The notes below the pieces were generated by a model that ran no database searches, had not been told where the DNA came from, and was given only the letters and a program-made list of their open reading frames with translations. Below, piece after piece: positions 59,501 through 64,000 of a stretch of DNA of 64,000 bases. Both the position numbers and the translations under genes were made by a program. Each line of letters opens with the position of its first letter. Position 1 is the first letter of the stretch. The DNA is taken from assembly GCA_964019335.1 (NCBI GenBank), contig OZ025683.1, forward strand, positions 372,001-436,000, given 5' to 3'. The stretch is from Diplonema japonicum (Eukaryota > Protista > Euglenozoa: Diplonemea).

Positions 59501-60906
59501 GAACAAGGTGGGGCTGCCGCAAGCACACCCTAAGGACGCTGTACCTGACGTACGTCCAACCGGTTCTGCGCTACTGTCTCGGTGCTTACGGCAACTTCGT
59601 GGGACATGCTGCTCTGGCCGAGTTCGACTCGCTACAATACACAGCAGCGAGGTTGATAACGGGATGCTTCGACAAGACTTCCGCGACGGTGACCAGGTCA
59701 GAGGCGGGCATCTGGGAGATTGAATCCTTGCTGGAACACGACACCCTGGTGCTCTACGAGAAGGCACAGCGTCAACCGGGGACGACAGCGGAGAAGGCAA
59801 CAAAGATATCCGGGGGTCAGATGTGGTACGGGAAAAGCTGGCGAAACACCGCGCTCGACTTGGCGAAGAGTCACGGGATGCCGGAACGCGAAGACCTACC
59901 ACACCACTCAGTCACTCAGAGCGCAGACCTGCAGCTCCCTCCATGGGTCCAACCCAAAGTCCTGTTCCACCCCGACCTAGTCCGCAAGGTACACAAGAAG
60001 GACGAAAAAAGTCTCAAACTCCGAGCGGCCTTCGAATCGATCAGGAGGCACGGCATCCCAGATGTGATCGTCTACACCGACGGGTCAGTCACCGGACACA
60101 GGAACGGCGGTTCGGCAGCTGTGATAAGGATCGGGTCTGACACACCGAAGCAGGCTCGCAAGAGCGGAGGAGCAGTGACTTCGGCCTACCGATGCGAACT
60201 GAAAGCGCTGAACCTGGGGCTGCAATTGACACTGTACCATACCCGGAGACAAGGTGTGACGACCGGAGTAGTGCTGCTGTGCTCGGACTCCCAGTCGGTG
60301 ATCAGAAGACTGATGCAGGGCCACAGAGAGATGAGGCAGAAGGAGGAACTGCTGGCTTGGAAATGGCTGGACGCGCTTGACCGCCAAGGCCTCTCCACCA
60401 TCATCCAGTACGTTCCCGGACACTGCGGCCTACCAGGTAACGAGCAAGCCGACCGACACGCCAAACGCGCCGCAAAGGAGTCGACACCGGACGGACCGAC
60501 GGACCTGATGACCACAAAGAGCCTCATCAAGAGGTCGGTGAACCGCGACTGGGCAGCCTCGTGGGAGAAGACGGGTCGGGACAAGAAGTACCGAGAGGAG
60601 ATCGGCGCGAGGTACCTCCCCTTGAAGGAACTGTCCTGCAGACACGATGAGGTACAGATAACGAGACTGCGAACGGGCAGGAGCCACCTGACTTGCGGTT
60701 TCCTGTCGAAACCCGTCCAGAATGACATACGTTGCCTCTCGTGCCATTCGATCCAGGACAGACACCATCTGCTGATCGGGTGCCCAGCTGGAGACAAGGT
60801 CCGCGAAGAGATCTTCGGGGATGACATCCCCACGACCACGAAGGAGATGCTCACAATGAGGGTGAGTGAAACCGCCTCCTACCTGAAGAGGATGGACCTC
60901 ATCTGA
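56569..60906 (+). CDS. Retroelement 2 ORF2 polyprotein: 2A-like peptide, AP endonuclease, reverse transcriptase, RNase H, CCHC
   Basis: LLSCGDIEANPGP; VLSLNVRSL, LQET, GDMNAHH, SDH; APGPDG, YRPIALTS, DFKGAFD, GVPQG, YADD, YLGV; YTDGS, SDSQS, VPGHCGLPGNEQAD; CLSC..HLLIGC. No ATG before the APE domain. Confidence 0.93.
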   Translation, partial: KGRLKASTKGRAISFNTPFTPFPTPSLTPCPYSQTPNTTPHLNEDEVLPSLSSPGSWGDRKGSTSSPHHHPSSFPLSTHNSSPNKHSQTPVTGDEVLPSIQRPGPRGDHTGNLHIRRNPAARGPHGKHLLSCGDIEANPGPTTEKTTRVEHSLPPVPSTSSLSQAHSNTTPPPNNINVLSLNVRSLTVSTTAQLLKGIETHNIDVLLLQETFLRPSKDITGVFTGFKAYRRDRTRPVKRGKQISGGGLVTLVRESIPSKQIEVLQKPSDVTERLDVEISLPNRKPYRLVNLYLPPTTGRDGDDRPPPEKYFRPAELPHDSYTIIAGDMNAHHTMWDKRGTPNKLGEILHSWMLRWGYSTWNKSSEATILNPSGNPTSPDMVMSGAEFDKSSWRTLPAMGSDHVPMFFSLRGGVSQPTRRVLYSWGKEARSAYRETMEEKCSRLLRARDPIRLNAEFRTLLLLSATESCVPRKGQKKGKVWWNDEIDALARRRSTLKAKLLSEDHDGNDEDLARLAAMEAELDRAITSGKQAAWGDYTKKLSKDGNLTQAFSVIRRFDGRSEKPPIAPLRRGNGIATTDREKASVLVEHYARACSPRTTAKSEEVITTIKKDAKPGTDNDFPLVTKDELDSVLRRLKKGKAPGPDGIYNEMLKYLGPVAREVQLLLYNSSLQTGVVPAEWRRSSIIPLMKKGKDQSEPASYRPIALTSNIVKTLERIVKDRMCFLQDTGRVRQLHTSQAGFRKGRSTEENVLYAASKLKSVRLSQGLGGLLLFDFKGAFDTVWHKGVIAKLIGDGYPPKLVKWITSFLDQRKASVCVNGEHGCVKTMTGGVPQGTILAPQLFSIYVNDLARLYRKAGIDAVVYADDIAIVLEAGSPAELNKKVQRAVSLTERWCETFSMKLSQEKTEFMPVEGQFWNSHDSLANLINARFPSSGAKVKVVREAKYLGVTFDESMNFHEHVQKVKGKINSRLRLLRKLAGTRWGCRKHTLRTLYLTYVQPVLRYCLGAYGNFVGHAALAEFDSLQYTAARLITGCFDKTSATVTRSEAGIWEIESLLEHDTLVLYEKAQRQPGTTAEKATKISGGQMWYGKSWRNTALDLAKSHGMPEREDLPHHSVTQSADLQLPPWVQPKVLFHPDLVRKVHKKDEKSLKLRAAFESIRRHGIPDVIVYTDGSVTGHRNGGSAAVIRIGSDTPKQARKSGGAVTSAYRCELKALNLGLQLTLYHTRRQGVTTGVVLLCSDSQSVIRRLMQGHREMRQKEELLAWKWLDALDRQGLSTIIQYVPGHCGLPGNEQADRHAKRAAKESTPDGPTDLMTTKSLIKRSVNRDWAASWEKTGRDKKYREEIGARYLPLKELSCRHDEVQITRLRTGRSHLTCGFLSKPVQNDIRCLSCHSIQDRHHLLIGCPAGDKVREEIFGDDIPTTTKEMLTMRVSETASYLKRMDLI

Positions 60907-60951
60907 GACTCTCACGACCGCCGAGCCGCTGACCGCAATCGCAGGACGTAG

Positions 60952-60987
<36 letters not shown>

Positions 60988-61524
60988 AACAGAAAAAAGT
61001 GAACCAAAAAGTACTAGTGAACCCTCTCCCCCTCCCCCTGTGTTTCCCATTATTACCCTGTCGTGCACCCCAACTTCTGTCTTCACCTTTCCCCGCCCCT
61101 TCACACATCCCCCCGTATCATTTCCCTTTGTTTTGAATTTTCTAAGGCTCCGCCGCCCAACAAAGCTGGCTGAAGGGGATGCCTCCGTGCCAGTGTGCCG
61201 CTCGTGAGGGCGAGCACGGACGAGGTACCCCACTCCTCAAAAACCCGGAGGTTCGCCCGAAGGGTGCTGGCTTGGGAAGCGGGCTGGAGAGCTGCCGGGG
61301 TCACGGAGGTGGGCGAAGTCGCGAACACTGGAGCCCACGAACCGGCCCCACCTCCGTCCTCGGTACGTATGGATAGTTTAGCGGAAGTTTCAAGGTTATC
61401 ACATTCCTTTCCTTTCCCCCTTTCGTTAGATACAGGGAGACCCTTGGTCCACCTGTTCTGTCCCCCCCCCCCCCAGCCTTTGCTTCGCACGTCAGTGGTT
61501 CATTTATTATTATTATAAAAAAAA

Positions 61525-61536
61525 ACATCAGCCTCT
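61525..61536 (+). repeat. Right target-site duplication ACATCAGCCTCT, overlapping tRNA-Tyr nt 1-5
   Basis: Identical to 48825-48836. Confidence 0.85.
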
Positions 61537-61614
61537 CGTAGCTCAATTGGTAGAGCGCGCGACTGTAGAATATTAGCCATCGCGCGGCCGCTGGTTCGAT
61601 TCCGGCCGAGAGGA
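61532..61614 (+). tRNA. tRNA-Tyr(GTA) with 10-nt intron 61569-61578
   Basis: Acceptor CCTCTCG/CGAGAGG; D arm GCTC/GAGC; anticodon stem CGCGA/TCGCG with intron after position 37; GGTTCGATTCC; T-run terminator. Confidence 0.97.
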
Positions 61615-61655
61615 TTTTTTACAATTTTTACAAGGTAAGGGGCGGTTGGAATAAA

Positions 61656-62384
61656 ATGCCTGTCAGACGAGCAAGGATGTCGGACTTGCTGTCCATGCAA
61701 AATTGCAACCTGAACTGCTTGCCGGAGAATTATCAAATGAAATACTACATCTATCACGCGTTTTGTTGGCCGCAATTGTTGCACGTGCACGAGGACTTCA
61801 ACGGGAAGACTGACGGGTACGTGCTGGCGAAGATGGAGGAAGACGCAGGGCAGGACGATAGCCCCGAGCATGGGCACATCACATCTTTGTCGGTGCTGAG
61901 GTCTGCGAGGAAGCTGGGTGTCGCGTCGCAGGTGATGATGAAGGCAAAGGACAATGTGCAAAGCATATTTGATGGGAAGTTCATTGTGCTTCACGTGAGA
62001 ATCACAAACGAAGCAGCGATACACCTATACCAAGAGACCCTAGGGTTCAAAGTCCATATGATAGATGAAGCCTATTACGGTGATGATGAGGACGCTTACG
62101 AGATGAAGTTAATTTTCGACCATGATCCCTATGGTGCGACTGTGAAACAAATCAGTAAAAACCCTAGACATGACGGTATCCTCGAATGGCCCGAAATCAA
62201 CCCCGAAGGCAAACTGAAGTACAACGATTACTACATTAACATGAAGAAGGAGGAAGCCGAGAGAGCCGCCACAGCCACCAGCAACAACACAGACACGAAC
62301 AGCACCCCTCTCGTCACTTCTGACCTCCAAACTCCGTCTGGTCAGAACAGGTCCAAGAACAGGAAGAAGAAGAAGAAGAAGTAA
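61656..62384 (+). CDS. NAA10: N-alpha-acetyltransferase NatA catalytic subunit (Ard1)
   Basis: MQNCNLNCLPENYQMKYY, GYVLAKMEE, HGHITSLSV, LHVR, YYGDDEDAYEM. Confidence 0.95.
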   Translation: MPVRRARMSDLLSMQNCNLNCLPENYQMKYYIYHAFCWPQLLHVHEDFNGKTDGYVLAKMEEDAGQDDSPEHGHITSLSVLRSARKLGVASQVMMKAKDNVQSIFDGKFIVLHVRITNEAAIHLYQETLGFKVHMIDEAYYGDDEDAYEMKLIFDHDPYGATVKQISKNPRHDGILEWPEINPEGKLKYNDYYINMKKEEAERAATATSNNTDTNSTPLVTSDLQTPSGQNRSKNRKKKKKK

Positions 62385-62829
62385 GCAAATATGAGTTGCC
62401 ATCAAATCCGAACGCCGGCGCGTATCCCCCCTCTCATCGGTTTTCTCCTCCGGGGCAATAGCTCAAGTTCCTTTTTTTTAATAAGAGTGCAGGAATAAAA
62501 GACAACAGGCGCTTTTCCTTTTTTTCTTCTTCCCCACATTATTTCTTTTTCGTTGCCGAACCATTTATTTATCTTCTATTGGAACCAACCCCGCCAGTTC
62601 TTAATACTTCTTTTTTTCTTACCCCCCCCCCCTCGTTCTTTTCTCTATTTCTCCATTTAGTGTGTATTATCAAAAACAATTTCTTCCCAGTCCCCAGAAA
62701 CTGTTTTGCTTTTCTTTTTCTACCTTTTCTTTTTCTTTTTCTTTCTTTCTTCCATAGTGTGTTGTTTTCCCTTATTTAAATCCACACCCACTCTGTCGGT
62801 ACTACAAAACACACTCAGGGGTGTGGGAG

Positions 62830-64000
62830 ATGAAGGTTTCTCTCGTCACCTTATCGTTGCTCGCAGTATGTCTGTGTGAAAGAGTGCGATGGCATGACAC
62901 AAAGCAAGGAGTTTGCGTGGATAGACGAGGGAAATTCTACCACACGTTGAGGAAAAGGATATCTAAGGAGGAATGTTTTAAGAATGCTGAGTTCGACGGT
63001 CCCGGTCCTGGTGTAGAGGCTTTACTCATCGGTAAAGGTGGTTATTGCGATATCCTCGTTGACCCTGGGTTCCTTCCCATTTATTTTGGGAGACAAGGTT
63101 TCTGGCCTGTGAAACAGCCTACGGACATCGGGTTCGGACCTGTAGGCGGGAATATCACCATGGAGGGATGGGAGTGCTACCCTCAAGTGGAAGCTTGCAA
63201 TGTGAAAGAAAGAACGGGTAACGATTTCAAAATATGCGACAACGGAGACATTGTAGGACGGGATCCTTACAATAAGTGTAGATTTTACAACTGTGAAGTG
63301 GAAGAAACCGAGTCTCCGACCACCGACTCACCCTTCACAGCTAATCCTGCGCCTCCCGAGCCCCCTATCCCGGCAGCATGCGCGTGCGAAAAGGCAAGGC
63401 TTAAGGAGGACTTCCCCGAAACCAACTGGAGCTCGATTCCTTGGTACTGCGCAAAGATAAGCAGCAACGCAACCTCCATTTCATGCAGACCTATGGAGGT
63501 AGTCCCGACCACGGGCCTTCCCACAGGCTCCTGTCATGAAGGGTGGCTAGAGTGCCCCGGGTCTGTCGCTTCTTCAGTCCTCGATCCTGTCAATCTTGGT
63601 GCGCGTTGTGGTTGCGGGTTTTATTCCGGAAGGACCACCGCCTTTGAGTCCCTTTTGTGCATCGATCCCTCTGATAGCACAAAGGACAGCAAAGTTGGGA
63701 AGCTGTGCTCCCTCCCCTCTTCGACAGGCACCTGCGCACCTGGACTGGTTCCCTGCGGCAGCCCGCGTCTCCCAAGCATCTACTTCAACACTACTATCAA
63801 CGCTCTAGATGAGGGGTCCCCGGGATGGGAGTGGCGCATTAAGTCCAGGCTGAGCTACGCCATGTCAACGGACATGAAGAAGGTCGAGGTACGTTATCTA
63901 ATAACTCACTTTTTTACCACTACTTTTTTTTTCCTTCTTACTTGCAGCTACTCGGGATGTGCCCAAAGAGCGCATGTCCAGGTGGCAGATGCCCCCTCAC
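62830..64000 (+). CDS. Secreted Cys-rich protein, runs off the window end
   Basis: Signal-like MKVSLVTLSLLAVCLC; frame open to the window end (absent from the ORF track); probable intron 63889-63947. Confidence 0.7.
   Translation, partial: MKVSLVTLSLLAVCLCERVRWHDTKQGVCVDRRGKFYHTLRKRISKEECFKNAEFDGPGPGVEALLIGKGGYCDILVDPGFLPIYFGRQGFWPVKQPTDIGFGPVGGNITMEGWECYPQVEACNVKERTGNDFKICDNGDIVGRDPYNKCRFYNCEVEETESPTTDSPFTANPAPPEPPIPAACACEKARLKEDFPETNWSSIPWYCAKISSNATSISCRPMEVVPTTGLPTGSCHEGWLECPGSVASSVLDPVNLGARCGCGFYSGRTTAFESLLCIDPSDSTKDSKVGKLCSLPSSTGTCAPGLVPCGSPRLPSIYFNTTINALDEGSPGWEWRIKSRLSYAMSTDMKKVEVRYLITHFFTTTFFFLLTCSYSGCAQRAHVQVADAPS

Larger units (their letters stand above)
55344..61524 (+). mobile_element. 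Non-LTR retrotransposon 2 (ORF1 + 2A-APE-RT-RNaseH-CCHC), potentially intact
   Basis: Two long uninterrupted ORFs; 3' region ends CAGTGGTT..TATTAT-A-tail directly at the right TSD. An alternative 3' end at poly(A) 60951-60985 is possible. Confidence 0.92.

Noticed and set aside
49313-61233. Long minus-strand ORFs over the retroelements
   Set aside because: Antisense shadows of GC-rich coding sequence with no recognisable domains
61170-61370. U1 snRNA on the minus strand (starts ATACGTACC, has a GTTTTTG run)
   Set aside because: No U1-70K or U1A loops, non-canonical Sm site, G-U pairs favour the + strand, and the region lies inside the TSD-bounded insertion

Overview
Eukaryotic, euglenozoan-type DNA, most likely from a diplonemid. 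The evidence is a KMP-11 gene, all ~28 host genes co-oriented on the + strand, 22 very short GT-AG cis-introns, a de novo purine gene (purN) and an intron-containing tRNA-Tyr. Intergenic DNA is rich in homopolymer runs, so many ORF-track entries are spurious or run through introns; I rebuilt the spliced models by hand. The most striking feature is 48.4-61.6 kb. Two head-to-tail APE-RT-RNaseH non-LTR retrotransposons (Ingi/I-group-like; one degenerate, one with an intact pol ORF and a 2A peptide) sit between tRNA-Pro and tRNA-Tyr. The 12.7-kb block is flanked by a perfect 12-bp direct repeat (ACATCAGCCTCT) overlapping the first five bases of tRNA-Tyr. A CAGTGGTT-(TAT)n-A-tail end motif occurs three times: at both element ends and just upstream of tRNA-Pro. 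In two places it follows a ~250-nt structured RNA with compensatory base changes. I infer a retrotransposon family that targets tRNA gene 5' ends and leaves the tRNA intact. Also present are a Sola-like MITE, a CACT-ended MITE-like element and a relic RLE-type retroelement.
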